Of a DNA stretch of 64,000 nt, positions 12,783 to 24,626 are shown one piece after another. The notes under the pieces were generated by a model that was not told the origin of the DNA, did not search any database, and saw only the letters and a list, made by a program, of their open reading frames with translations. Each line of letters starts with the position of its first letter. The first letter of the stretch is position 1. The position numbers and the translations under genes are program-made. Location of the stretch: NCBI GenBank assembly GCA_965235115.1, contig OZ249440.1, positions 34,474,001 through 34,538,000 of the forward strand, in the 5' to 3' direction. This DNA is from Laetmonice hystrix (taxonomy: Eukaryota).

Positions 12783-15700
12783 CTATAAAAGAGTCAGAAG
12801 TTCAGCCTCTGACAAGAACTCTAAAATCACTCCTGGTCTGACATTGCTATAAAGATCCTTAAGACTCGTCTCATTATAAAACCTTTGTCTGATGAGAGTA
12901 AAATCACCACATTCGAGTAAAAGATGCTTCAGTGTCAAAGGACACTGACAGCCATAACATTCTGGAGGCGGCTCCCCCTTCAACAAAAACACATGGGTTA
13001 ATCTAGAATGACCAACTCTGCATCGAGTAAAAACAATTTCATGCCTCCGTTGGGTTAGGCCATGATGATACCTTTGGTTTACGATGGGACTGATCTGATA
13101 CAATTTATTGTTTGGTTGTTCATCCCATTCAGCCTGCCATTTGTTCCTAACATAAGCCCAGATGGTAGGTCTGAGATCAGAAGCTGGGATTGGACACAGT
13201 TCGACGTCTGTTTCAAGAGCCCTCTTGGCAGTTCTGTCAGCTTGCTCATTGCCGGGGATGCCAACATGTCCAGGCACCCAGCAAAAGTGAATATCAAAGT
13301 TTGCATTAGCAAGCACTGCCAACTTGGACAAGATTTGAACGATCACTGGGTGATCTGTGTTCAAGTTAGCGAGTGCTTGCAGACAGGATAAGGAATCCGA
13401 GAAAATTACGAAGTCCTTTTCATTAGAAACTTCAATATTTTGAAGGGCAAGAAGCAGGGCCCGGGCCTCTGCTGAGAAGATGGAACTTTGCCCTGAGATG
13501 CGGGTCCCGAAGTTGTGCTTGCCATGAACTGCTGCTGCAGCCACATCATTGCCATCCTTTGAGCCATCAGTATAGAAGGCATAATGTGAGGGATACTTTG
13601 CCTGGACGTCAAGGAAATGGTCAAAATATGTCAGGGGATGAGTCTCCGACTTCTTCAGTTGAGCCAACTGAAGGATGACATCAGGCTTTTCTAGGTCCCA
13701 AGGAGGGATATTGCAAAAGTGTGTCTGCCCCAGGACGTTCAGATCAACATCCAGTTCCTCTAGATGAGGTTTCACCCTCAGTCCAAAAGGACGTATGTAC
13801 GTTTCCTTTCTTTCATATAAATGTTGGAACTGAGGGTGAAAAACGCAATTGTAAGCTGGATTTGAACTGTTTGTCCTGAGCTTGACTGCATACTGCAGAG
13901 CCAGCTTCAGACGCCTGTTGTAAAGCGAGGGCTCTCTGGCCTCCACATAGAGGCTCTGAACAGGAGAAGTTCTAAAAGCCCCAAGTGAAAGCCGCAAACC
14001 CTGGTGGTGAACCGTGTCCAAAAGCCGTATGTAAGACTTACAAGCAGAGCCGTAAACTATGCTGCCGTAATCGAGCTTCGACCGGATTAAAGCTCTGTAC
14101 AGTTGTAAAAGGACTGTACTGTCTGGCCCCCAGTTTGTGCCGGATAAAACCTTGAGAACATCCAGAGCCTTAAGGCATCTGGATTTGAGCGATTTAATGT
14201 GAGGAATAAAAGACAGCTTGCTGTCAAAAGTGAGACCTAGAAACTTTGTCTCTTTAACAACTTTCACGGGATCTCCATCCATTGTCAACTCGGGGTCAAG
14301 ATGGAAGGCACGCAGCTTGCAAAAGTGCATGCAGACCGTTTTAGATTTGGAAAACTTAAAACCGTTTTCCACTGACCAAGTATGGATTCTATTCAGACAA
14401 AGCTGGAGTTGTCTTTCAATGGCATTCATGTTTTTGCCTCTGCAGCAGACGTTAAAGTCATCAACGAACAGGCTGCAGGGCATGCCAGTTTTAACCGAGT
14501 TAACAATGCTGTTGATCTTAAGACTAAAAAGGGTAACAGACAAAATGCTTCCCTGAGGCACACCTAATTCTTGGTCATGCAAGTCAGAGAGGGTAGTGCC
14601 TACTCTGACTTGAAAGTGTCTGTTCGATAAAAACCGAGATATGAAAATGGGCAAACGCCCCCTAAAACCCATATCATGCAAATCTTTTAAAATTCCGTAC
14701 TTCCATGTTGTGTCGTATGCCTTTTCTAGGTCAAAAAAGACGGCGACAACATGTTCACGGTTGATAAAAGCATCTCGGATGTATGTCTCAAGTCTAATGA
14801 GATGATCGAGAGTACTTCTCCCTCGCCGGAAGCCGCACTGAAACTCAGTGATGAGTTGCTCAGACTCCAGCTTCCAGACGAGGCGATCATTAATCATTCT
14901 CTCCATGGTTTTACACAAGCAACTTGTTAGGGCTATTGGTCTGTAATTGTTAGCTTCACTATGGTCTTTTCCTGGTTTTGGGATGGGAATGATTATTGCT
15001 TCTTGCCAGGAAAGTGGAATATTACCAGTTGTCCAAATATTGTTGAAAATGTGGAGAAGGATGAGAAGTGTGGTGTCAGGCAAATGTTTTAGGAATTGGT
15101 AATGTATTTTATCAGGTCCAACTGCAGTGTCGTGTGATTTTTTAAGAGAGCATCTTAGTTCTTCAATGGAGAAGAGTTGGTTATACTCTTCTCTGTTGTC
15201 AGAGTTAAAGTTTAGTTTCCTTTTCTCTTTATGAGCACGAATGGCTTGGAATTGAGGGAGGCAGTTCCTGGAGGAGGAGTTTGTTTGAAAGGTATCAGCC
15301 AGTTTGTTTGCTATTGCATCTGTGGTGGTTAGTAAGGTGTCTTGATGTTTTAAGTGTTGGACTCCAGTACCACCTCCCTTGCCTTTAAGTTTCCGTATCA
15401 TGTTCCAGACTTTTTTGATGGGAGTACGAGAGGTCAGGCTGGAGACGTAGTCTCTCCAGCTCTGCCTCCGTCTCTCTTTACAGATACGGCGTGCCCTTGC
15501 TCTCATGATTTTATAATTAGTAAGGTTTACTGCAGTTGGATGCCTGTTGAAAAGGCGTTCTGCCTTTTTCCGGTCTTTAATTGCTTGCTTGCATTCATCA
15601 TTAAACCATGGATTTGAGACATGTTTAGGAATTGTCGAGGTTTTAGGAATTGTCTTGTCTGCAATGGAGATCAAAAGTGAGGTAAAATGCTCCATTGCAT

Positions 15701-16466
15701 CAGGATCGTTAATGTTGTCTGCTGTGAATTCCTCCCGACAGAGGGTCTGGAAGGAGTGCCAGTCGGCTTTTTTAAGTTGCCACCTTTGTTGTTTTTCCCC
15801 CATGTCAGGCCTTTCATATGCAAGTATGGTGGGAAAGTGGTCACTCCCGCAAAGGTCGTCCCAGACCCTCCAGGAGAAATCCAGCAGCAGATCTGGTTCA
15901 GCTATTGCAAGGTCAATGGCTGTATAAGTGCCATGACCGGGATGTAAGTATGTGTTGGAACCGTCATTAAAAATGCACAGAGCATGATTGTCAATGAACT
16001 CTTCAATCCTCTTGCCCTTACCATCAGTTGTGGTGCCACCCCATAAGGGATTGTGGCCGTTAAAGTCTCCCAAAAGGAGATATGGGGATGGTAGTTGACC
16101 CACTAGATCATCAAGATCCTGGTGGGCCAAGTTACTGTTTGGAGGAATGTATATGGAGCAGATAGTGATGGCTTTATGCAGAGTTAGGCGTATGGCTATT
16201 GCTTGTAACGGTGTGTCTATTGTAACAGGGCTATGGATGAGGTCTTGTCGAACCAGAATGGCAGTGCCGCCAGCAGCACGGTCACCATCTGGTGCAAAAC
16301 CAAAGAAAGTCTGATAGCCCTTAAATGAGACCTTGTCTCGGGCAGTAAGAAATGTTTCTTGTAGGCAAAGGGCAAGAGGGTTGAGGGTTTCTGCTAAAAG
16401 TCTGAGTTCATTAAAATTGGCTCTAAAACCTCGACAATTCCACTGGAGGAAGCACTTGCCTGCCAT
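12783..16466 (-). CDS. LINE ORF2: AP endonuclease, reverse transcriptase, RNase H, C-terminal CCHC (1227 aa from ATG)
   Basis: QWNCRG, LQET, GDFN, SDHFP (APE); YRPIALTS, DLEKAYD, GVPQGS, FVDD (RT); YTDGSK, SAEA, FSDSLS, WVPGHVGIPGNE.AD (RNase H). Confidence 0.95.
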   Translation of the reverse strand: MAGKCFLQWNCRGFRANFNELRLLAETLNPLALCLQETFLTARDKVSFKGYQTFFGFAPDGDRAAGGTAILVRQDLIHSPVTIDTPLQAIAIRLTLHKAITICSIYIPPNSNLAHQDLDDLVGQLPSPYLLLGDFNGHNPLWGGTTTDGKGKRIEEFIDNHALCIFNDGSNTYLHPGHGTYTAIDLAIAEPDLLLDFSWRVWDDLCGSDHFPTILAYERPDMGEKQQRWQLKKADWHSFQTLCREEFTADNINDPDAMEHFTSLLISIADKTIPKTSTIPKHVSNPWFNDECKQAIKDRKKAERLFNRHPTAVNLTNYKIMRARARRICKERRRQSWRDYVSSLTSRTPIKKVWNMIRKLKGKGGGTGVQHLKHQDTLLTTTDAIANKLADTFQTNSSSRNCLPQFQAIRAHKEKRKLNFNSDNREEYNQLFSIEELRCSLKKSHDTAVGPDKIHYQFLKHLPDTTLLILLHIFNNIWTTGNIPLSWQEAIIIPIPKPGKDHSEANNYRPIALTSCLCKTMERMINDRLVWKLESEQLITEFQCGFRRGRSTLDHLIRLETYIRDAFINREHVVAVFFDLEKAYDTTWKYGILKDLHDMGFRGRLPIFISRFLSNRHFQVRVGTTLSDLHDQELGVPQGSILSVTLFSLKINSIVNSVKTGMPCSLFVDDFNVCCRGKNMNAIERQLQLCLNRIHTWSVENGFKFSKSKTVCMHFCKLRAFHLDPELTMDGDPVKVVKETKFLGLTFDSKLSFIPHIKSLKSRCLKALDVLKVLSGTNWGPDSTVLLQLYRALIRSKLDYGSIVYGSACKSYIRLLDTVHHQGLRLSLGAFRTSPVQSLYVEAREPSLYNRRLKLALQYAVKLRTNSSNPAYNCVFHPQFQHLYERKETYIRPFGLRVKPHLEELDVDLNVLGQTHFCNIPPWDLEKPDVILQLAQLKKSETHPLTYFDHFLDVQAKYPSHYAFYTDGSKDGNDVAAAAVHGKHNFGTRISGQSSIFSAEARALLLALQNIEVSNEKDFVIFSDSLSCLQALANLNTDHPVIVQILSKLAVLANANFDIHFCWVPGHVGIPGNEQADRTAKRALETDVELCPIPASDLRPTIWAYVRNKWQAEWDEQPNNKLYQISPIVNQRYHHGLTQRRHEIVFTRCRVGHSRLTHVFLLKGEPPPECYGCQCPLTLKHLLLECGDFTLIRQRFYNETSLKDLYSNVRPGVILEFLSEAELLTLL

Positions 16467-17496
16467 CAAGGTGGTTTGACAGGCAGACGCCCCCTAGTTT
16501 TAATTTTTGGGGAAAGGCTGCGACTACGGCAAGATGTAGTGTCAGCCATTTCAACATCTTGAAGATGTTGAAACTTGTTTGTGAGTGCTATTGCACTATT
16601 GTTGGAGGCTGCCTTGGGCAGCCGATCTGTGATAATTTTCTTTTTTGTCTTGTCTTTTGTTGAGGGATTAACTGAGTCTTTTTGGGGAGTAGTGGGGCGT
16701 TTGCTCGGTCCGGCCTGTGGAGGAGGATCCGAGGTTGTCTGGCTCTGTGTGTTGACAGCTTTTTTAGGTGGCTGACTCGTGCTGTCAGTGGGATCAGTGT
16801 AGGTCACGGGCACATCCCTCTTGACCCACACCATCTCAGTTTGACACGCGAACGTCCGTGTGGTAGGTTTTGTAGCGGCAGCATAGGTTTTTACGGTTGG
16901 TGGAAGCATATACTGCTCCACCAACTTGCGTGCCTCAGGGAAACTTATTCTTTGTTCGGTTTTTACCTTTAGGATTTCCTTCTCCTTTTTCCACACAGAA
17001 CAATCGCGCGAAATGGCAGAATGGCCTTCCCCACAGTTAGCACATTTAGGGGAGTTCTTGCAGGTGGTATGATCGTGGCCTGTCTCGGCACATTGAGAAC
17101 ATTTCTGCACATTTCGACACGAGTCTGTCCCATGCCCAAACTTCTGGCATTTATAACAGCGAAGAGGATTTGGGACATAGGGATCCACTTTGACTTTTAA
17201 AAAGCCAACTTCAAGTTCCTCAGGCACAGTGGGCCTGTTGAAGGTAAGAAAGTAGGTATGAGTCTTAATGGTGTTACCATCTCTCTTTACAATCAACCTT
17301 CTCACCTCCAACACACCTTGCCAACTCAACCCAGCAAGGATCTCTTCTTCGGGTGTGGTGTCTAGAGAATACGTTCGAATAACGCCCTTGCTGGAGTTGA
17401 GTGTGCGGTGACGAGAGGCCTTAATGCCATAACCTGCAAGTGCTGTGGCACTTAACAAGTTCTCGGCTTGGACTCTCGTGGCACACTGTACCAAAA
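16466..17496 (-). pseudogene. LINE ORF1 (gag-like, zinc knuckles), 5'-truncated
   Basis: PLRCYKCQKFGH...C, CSQCAETGH...C, CANCGEGH.....C; homology to the full copy stops at about 17496. Confidence 0.9.
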
Positions 17497-17674
17497 GACG
17501 GAAATGACGACTTTCATTTCTCCTCATCTTATTACTATAATAGATAAAAATCAAATAACATTCTCTCTGTATGGTTGGGGATCACCTTTATAGATAAGCA
17601 TAAAATACTTGAACATTAATCACCGCATAAAAATTTTGGAGGCTTTCGAAGAGTTTTGGTGTCGGACTTGATGA
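17497..17674 (+). repeat. 178-bp direct duplication, copy 2 (flanks the LINE 5' junction)
   Basis: Appears identical to 12466-12643. Confidence 0.95.
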
Positions 17675-18029
17675 AATTGGCTGATGTCAAAATTTTGAAG
17701 TCAAGTCAATCATTCATCAAACTTATCAGAGATAAGTTTATTAAACTATTATTTTTATATACCTAAGAGTAAGAGATTGATTGAAAACAGCAAAAGGTAA
17801 AAAATTTCTACCAGAGATGGTTCAGCATTTATGCGTGTGAAAGTAAAAGTGTCGGACGGAATGAGTTTTGGTGTCGGACAGATTCATCAAATCCAATATC
17901 CTTCTTTGCACAAATAACTTTATTTGCATTTAAATAAACAAGCATAATAACATCCTGCGTCCTGCGCCACTACTGCTCACGCAAAACATTAATCTGAATA
18001 ATTTCATTTGCTGCATTGATCTGCATGAA

Positions 18030-20438
18030 GTACACAGGCCCGGCCGTGTTCACTGCAATGCAGATGCGTTGAGCCGGCGGCCACATCTGCCATGTTCCCA
18101 GTGCCATAGGGAGAAGGGTCCATGTAGCCAATATCAGGAGGATGGTGGAACCTCTTGTGCTGTTATCACTAGGGCACAAGCCACATTCACGCAACCAGTC
18201 CCCACTAATGACAGTCAGGTTACACCCAGTAGTGACCAAGGATGGTCACGAGCTGAGGTGAGGGAGGAGCAATTGAGCGATTCTGATATTGCTGTTGTGA
18301 TGAGAGCATTAGACTCTGGCGGCCATCGACCTGAATGGCAAGAGATGGCAGCAGAATCAGAACCAGCCAAGGCTCTATGGGCTCAGTTTAAGCACCTAAA
18401 ACTCATTGATGGAGTGTTGTATAGGTCTTGGGAGGCTGATACGGGCACCACTGTCCAGTGGCAGCTAGTAGTTCCCAAAACCAGGAGGAATTATGTGCTG
18501 AGTCAAGCACATGATGCCCCTTTGGGTGGTCACTTTGGTGGTGACAAGACATTGTCTAAGATAATGAATGCGTATTACTGGGTAAATATGCGACGTGATG
18601 TGCGTCAATACTGTCAGACATGTGATGAGTGTGCAGCCCGGAAACCTGTGTTGCACCATCGCCGTGCTCCTATGAAGCAATTTGTAGTAGGCAGTCCAAT
18701 GGAGAGGGTGACTACTGATATTACTGGTCCGTTAGACAGGACAACAGGTGGAAAAAAGTACATACTTGTGGTCACTGATGTCTTTACAAAGTGGACTGAG
18801 GCATACGCGTTAAGCAATATAGAAGCCAAGACTGTAGCAAGGAAAATTGTGGAGGAATAGGTCTGTCGCTACGGAGCCCCAAGGGTGCTGCATAGTGACC
18901 AAGGTCGCCAGTATGAATCCTCCTTATTCAAAGAAATGTGTCAGCTGTTGGGTATCAAGAAAACCCACACAACCGCTCTGCGTCCACAGGCCAATGGCAG
19001 GGGGGGTGTCCACGTTCGCAGCGCCCTCTATACGACCAAACATAATAGTGATCGCAGAGACCGAGCGTGCCAGTACCACGCCGGACTCGAGCTGAGCGTG
19101 AGCCGGCGCTCCCGTGCGCCCTGCAGCCATGTTCACGCGTCGGACAGGATCTAGCCTTCACTCGTTTTTTAACAATTTTACCAGTCTGAGGTATTAAAAA
19201 ACATGCTCCTATAGCTTTAGAACATATTTGAGCCTTTGTGGGTGGTAAGTTTGATAACGATTCCGGGCGCAGTGTATGAAAAATTACGAGTTGATTGCGC
19301 GGCTGATACTGACAGCGACTCGAGCCCGGGTGCTTGCCGCGACTCGACGCGAGTACTAGCCGGACATCCCCGGCCGTCTCCCCGATACCAGTGGCAAAGA
19401 CAGGCTACCAAAAAGTGCTCTAATGACACAGAAATCTTGGAGCGCTTGCGAGCGGGGTTGAAGAATTAGATACAAAAAATGATGAGCTTTCCAACGGTGG
19501 TAACTGATTTTTTAACGCTCGTCTAGTTAACGTATGGTCATCGTCTAAAGTTAACCATTTTTTAGGAATTTATCAGTCATGGCAGAATGGCGGACGACGT
19601 CCGATGAATTGGTTAAATATATATTTTTAGAGCACAAAAGCTCACAAATCGGATATAATTAGAAAGAAGATACTACTGTGTAAGCGACTCTAACTCGAAT
19701 TTGGCAAATTGATTACGTTTTAACGTATAGACAGCATTTTTGTCAAAGCACTCGATTTTACTTTGAGTCGTCTCGGCCGCATTGTTTTGGTTCTCTATTA
19801 TCGCTCGACCTAGATGGCGCTGCGAACGTGGATACCCCCCCTGGGCCAATGGCCAGGGTGAGCGTTTTAATAGGACATTGGGAGCCCTGCTAGCGATTTT
19901 TTCTCAAGAGGCACCTAATAAGTGGGATAGACACTTACCTTTTATCCTAGCTGCCTACAGAGCAGCTAAGCATGATAATACGGGTCAAATTCCAAATGTT
20001 ATGGTCCTAGGAAGGGATGTGGTGCTTCCTTTGCACCTAGTTACGGGGAACCCCAATGTAGAGAAACCAGGCCAAGATCCTGACAGTTATGTGGTTGAAC
20101 TACAGCAGGTGTACGAGAAAGCATTTGAAATGGCTAGGCACTGCCTTCGCAAAGCCGCCATGCTAAGGAAGAAACGTTATGACGTGGGAACTAAGGAATT
20201 CCAATTTGTTGTGGGACAGCAAGTATGGCTGTATGATCCCACTAAAAATGAGGGCACTTGTATGAAACTACGCAGTAGTTGGCGTAAAGGCTGGGTGGTA
20301 ATACACCAGATAGATGATGTGACCTACCGTATTCAAAATGGTCCACAAGGTGTACCCAGAGTGGTCCATGCTGACCGGTTGCTACCATATAAAGGTAGAC
20401 ACCAACTGGTGGACAGAGTCAGCATGATATTCAGATAG
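18030..20438 (+). pseudogene. Gypsy/Ty3 pol: end of RNase H, HHCC zinc finger, integrase core and GPY/F region; stop at 18860 and a MITE insertion
   Basis: HRPGRVHCNADALSRRP; H....GGHFG..KT...YYW..C..C; RVTTDITGP; LHSDQG.QYES; PQANGQGERFNRTL. Confidence 0.9.
18998..19843. mobile_element. MITE with about 33-bp TIRs and a 9-bp TSD (GGCCAATGG), inserted in the Gypsy integrase
   Basis: CAGGGGGGGTGTCCACGTTCGCAGCGCC / GGCGCTGCGAACGTGGATACCCCCCCTG; removing it plus one TSD restores RPQANGQGER in frame. Confidence 0.95.
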
Positions 20439-20515
20439 TGACAGTGGTAGGCTAGGTGAGTTACCTTCACTGGCCCCCACTTGATGTCTTATCTGACGGG
20501 ACATATGTTTTTTTT

Positions 20516-20560
20516 AGAAGGGGGGAGGGCCTGTTTAGCCCATGGCTGTGCCCCATGTCC
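20516..20560 (+). other. Probable polypurine tract and start of the Gypsy 3' LTR (TG at 20532)
   Basis: AGAAGGGGGGAGGG followed by CC then TGT, shortly after the integrase. Confidence 0.55.
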
Positions 20561-21721
20561 CTCATGTCCCGATGATTTGAAGCGTTACAACTAACAGGTT
20601 GTTATTAGTAAGGCTTGTTGAAAGTTGTTTTGTGGTAAGCCTGTTAAGGTGTTGGTTAAGAGTTGACATTTAGTAAGGTCTGATGAGATGTTGTTATCTG
20701 TACAACAAATGGCCTTATGTGTACAATCCATTATACACTCTTTAAATGAAGTGTGTGGTTTGCTTATTAGCATATAATCTATATAGAAGTAGATGGAAAT
20801 ACATGGCCTAAATATAATTAGAGCCTTCAAGTATTAGCAGGGGCAGACTAGGTGAATTATACTCACCAGCCCCCCTGATCTTTCTCTCATTATGGACCTG
20901 TTGAGTCCGTGGTAGTGCCTGCGACCCCGTGACCTCTTTATGGAAACAGTATTATAACTGATGTCCAGCTAGAGATTGAGGAGGTCCCTATTGTGATTGC
21001 AGGACACTAGAGTATAGTCCGTTTCGCGGATATCCGTCTACGTCATGTGCCGCTGTGCATGCTGGGGCGGTTTGGGGACAACCTAGTAACCTAGACGGAG
21101 TATCGTCCCCAGTGTAGGGACGGACAGCGTTAACCCGAAAAACCCTACCTCCGATGTCAATCACTCGCTGTGCAAAATCCATCGTAACTACTGCCAGTTG
21201 AGGTGTCAATTCTAACGCAGCCCATCTTCTGTTCCTCTGCTGCACACTTTTCCGAGGATTTTTGCCCAAAGTTTTAATAAATCAGACTTCCGAAATTGCG
21301 AATCGTGCTGGTTCACTGCCGTTAGCTGCCATACTGTTTGTTCTACTGCGCATGTTCAAAACACGCACACTGGCGACCAGCAGGGGAGCATTTATTATTC
21401 TAGACCAAACAGCAATTCCTCCATCATGGCGCCAAACTAGTAGCCAACGTTTGAAATGACTGCTCCCTTCGTGAGCTTGACCCCGGATGTGGATTTACAG
21501 AAATGGCGCCGGTTGTAAGACTATGGAAAGTGGTCGATTGGTTTGGAATATTGGCCGAATCTGTTGCTTAGAGGAACACCAAGTAAGTTTTTATTTGAAG
21601 TGATGGAAGAGGTGATGGCACACATTCATTTTGCGGGTTGAATGTTTGGTCTCGTAGCCCGTTCGCTAGAGGATAGGCCGTGTATACACACGGCCTATGT
21701 TAGAGGCTACTAGTAACCAAG

Positions 21722-22780
21722 ATGGCGGCGTATACAACCTCAAATTTCGACAGATGGAAAGTAGATGAACTTAAATGGCCGTATGCAAGGACGTTAGTCC
21801 CGATTATGGGTTAATCCAGTGTTTGGGTTAAACCAATCTCCAGACTAACTTTTTTTTACTGGATTAAGGCAGTCAATTTCGTTCCGTATTACTCCATTAT
21901 AATCTGTATTTTCCATACAGCCTAATGGTGGTTTTGACCTTTAAAATAGAAGGAAACTTGCTTTACCTGACAGATTTAAATCAGTAACAAAAAAATAGTA
22001 CAAATGCAACCAACTTGCTATAAAAATGGTGCCGCATTTGGCTGTTTAGGATAAACTCGCCAGCCACGATCAAGCGGCATCTTGCGGTAATGTACGGAGA
22101 TATCAATTCTGACGTGATCTTTACTGTGACGTCACAATAAATCGGTCAGGCTGACTGTGACGTTGGACTGCTATGTCATAGACAAGGCTCGATTCACGTC
22201 ATTGTGGCCTCTTGTTTAGTCAGCAAAGAGATGGCAAAATGGGTCAGGCTGTAGCAACGGTATCCCAGCAAGTTAGAAACGGAACTTGAAACGTGTAGAT
22301 GACTCGTAGGCTTCGTGATAGGCAAGTATTCAGAGGCAATCGACACTCACGGCCTCCATGTTTAGGAGGATTAACCCTGCTAGCTAGCAGAGTTAACTTT
22401 AATCCAGTAAATGGGTTAAACCAGTGAATTTTTGACGTTCTAGCATACGGGATTAACTAGTTAGTCCACAAATTGGGTTAATCGCTAGACTAAATACGTC
22501 CTTGCATACGGCCAATAGAGTATTTGCGTGCAAGAGAGGTACCAATAACTGATTACAGTAAAACAACACTTGTTAGGCATTGCCATTTAGCGAATGAGTT
22601 AGGGTTAGTGGCCAAAAAAGAGCTCAAACGACTACGATAAACAAATTTTGTCAGAGAGAAATAGCAAATTGGTGCTGGACGGTCGGTGGTCTAATCCGTT
22701 GATGCCGGCTGGGAAGACTCACCCGCAAGCTTCCCCGAAATTATACAAAGCAGTGTACAAAACTACTTTGATAACAGTAG
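21722..22780 (+). pseudogene. SAP-domain ORF relic (possible ISL2EU accessory/YqaJ gene N-terminus), split by a MITE
   Basis: MAAYTTSNFDRWKVDELK|EYLRAREVPITDYSKTTLV matches the SAP pattern; no nuclease domain seen. Confidence 0.5.
21777..22513. mobile_element. PIF/Harbinger-type MITE
   Basis: TIR GGCCGTATGCAAGGACGT / ACGTCCTTGCATACGGCC; AAT on both flanks. Confidence 0.85.
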
Positions 22781-22894
22781 GTTATAGGCCTAGGCGATCT
22801 AAATGCTAGATAAAGCAAGGTGTAATCTAAACTAAGCTATTTTACCACCTGTGCCTGTGGCGTCGTCCGTCGATCCTGGCCCGGGCCTGCTCTG

Positions 22895-23160
22895 GGGCCC
22901 GTCTTACTAAACATCGTTAAGCCCGATCTAGTTAACTTATAGCTAGTTAATAACCAGAAATCGTTATTAACTAGAGCTGGTTAAAACCCGTCTTACTAAG
23001 GTCTAGTTAGTAGCGTAACGTATAGGGAGTGGTCTAGTTAACTTAACGACTGGGGAGGGGGTACCGCTAACGTTGTAACGTTGTCTGGTTGTCGCCTTGA
23101 CGACGGCCTACTTTACCAGCAGTTAACTATATCGTTAATAACGATGTTTAGTAAGAGGGT
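22895..23160. mobile_element. MITE (Harbinger-like)
   Basis: Inverted repeat TCTTACTAAACATCGTTA / TAACGATGTTTAGTAAGA. Confidence 0.7.
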
Positions 23161-24286
23161 AGGGGGGCGGCCGCCCCTAAGGCTACGCCCTAGTCCTACT
23201 CCTATCCTAGGCCTATTTGTCATAATTTTCCTATATTTCCCCCATTTCCCTGTTGGCTGTTGTACCTTCGCCCCCCCCCCCCCCCCCCAGTCTACTTCTA
23301 ACGGAATTCGACGCCCCTTGGGCCTGCCTCTGGATCTGTTTTGTTCCTACCATGACCAGTTACATAACAAGCAGTTTTGACTTTGTCAATTGAGTTTGAG
23401 TCTGACAAGTTCGTTCAAATATTTAATTCAATATTGACAATTTATCATTCATTTATTTATGATCTTAGTGATTTTGCTTAGATCTACTCCTACTAACTTT
23501 ACCCCTGGTACTAGTATTAGGATGTGTTTTCAGGCCCGAGATTAAGGGAAATTTGCATAACCCATTTCCGTTTACCTGAAAAGTCACATGGTAACCCATC
23601 GTCCGGTTACGGTAATACCTGAAAACTTTCTGGTCGACCCGAAGGTTACCTAATATGGGTTACGCAGAAATTATAATTTATAAACCCTTGCTACTGTATT
23701 CAGAATTCAACTGGCTAGATCATAGATGTATAGGCTCTGGCAGTGGCAAAAGAAAATAAACCTTCTAACCTTATAGCCTTAGCCGTGTTATAAGACCCCT
23801 AAAGCGTATATATTTGAAGGTATTCCTATATATCTCCTATATATGATCCGCACTGGGGGGAGGGGGGCTGGAGGGGAACCGCTACAACAGTCCAAGATAA
23901 AGAACCTTCGTGATGTGAACAAGAGCCTTGCTGATATCAGAGTGTTTGCCGTGAGCATGGGCTACAGCAAGATTGAGAGGCTCTATCCCACTCCTGTGCC
24001 TTCAAAGTGGAACGCAGAGGCAGAGTCTCTCAGGGCTACAGCATGCTACTGGATCAGTGTCTGAAGTGTGAAGATGTCGTTGAAGACATACAGGCGGCAG
24101 GAAAGTTTAAACAGACAACCATGATTATGGATTTTTTTAAAAAAGAAAACATAAACAACGGTCCTTGTCAGCACTAAAAACCCAATAGGCCTACTTGTAT
24201 GCATTTGAAATGAATTTTTACTTCAGATACTGGTGCTTCTTCCATTCCCAATTAGTAATTCCTATTCATAAACATAAGGAACTTAA

Positions 24287-24626
24287 AGGTGCTATTCGTG
24301 AACAAAAATTCAATTTTTTTATTTTTAATTTTGTTGACGTTTATGTGATCCCACCTATCATGGAAATAGATTCACAACAAAGGAAATCAAAATTTTTCAT
24401 GGATAACGGCACAAATGGGGCTCTCTCAGAAGGCCTGTGGAGACCCTGACACGCCTCACCATAGGAAATGGCTCTATCTCGGTGCGCACCGAGATAGCTT
24501 TCAAATGCTGCACACAAACTAATAGAAGGTTTATCAGGCCAATGGTATCGGTAGGAATTTTTTCTAGTACTATGTGCACAATGTATGATAGGAGAAATGC
24601 CATTCTGTGCGAGACGAATAGCACCT
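24287..24626. mobile_element. Kolobok-type MITE, copy 2
   Basis: TTAA|AGGTGCTATTCGT ... ACGAATAGCACCT|TTAA. Confidence 0.9.

Larger units (their letters stand above)
12644..17496 (-). mobile_element. I-group (I/Nimb-like) LINE, subfamily A, 5'-truncated within ORF1, ORF2 intact
   Basis: ORF1 with zinc knuckles, ORF2 APE-RT-RNase H, 3'UTR and (ACTC)n tail. Confidence 0.95.

Noticed and set aside
17497..17554. N-terminus of the 362-aa ORF1 call (MIFIYYSNK...)
   Set aside because: Derived from the duplicated flank beyond the 5' truncation point, not from the element
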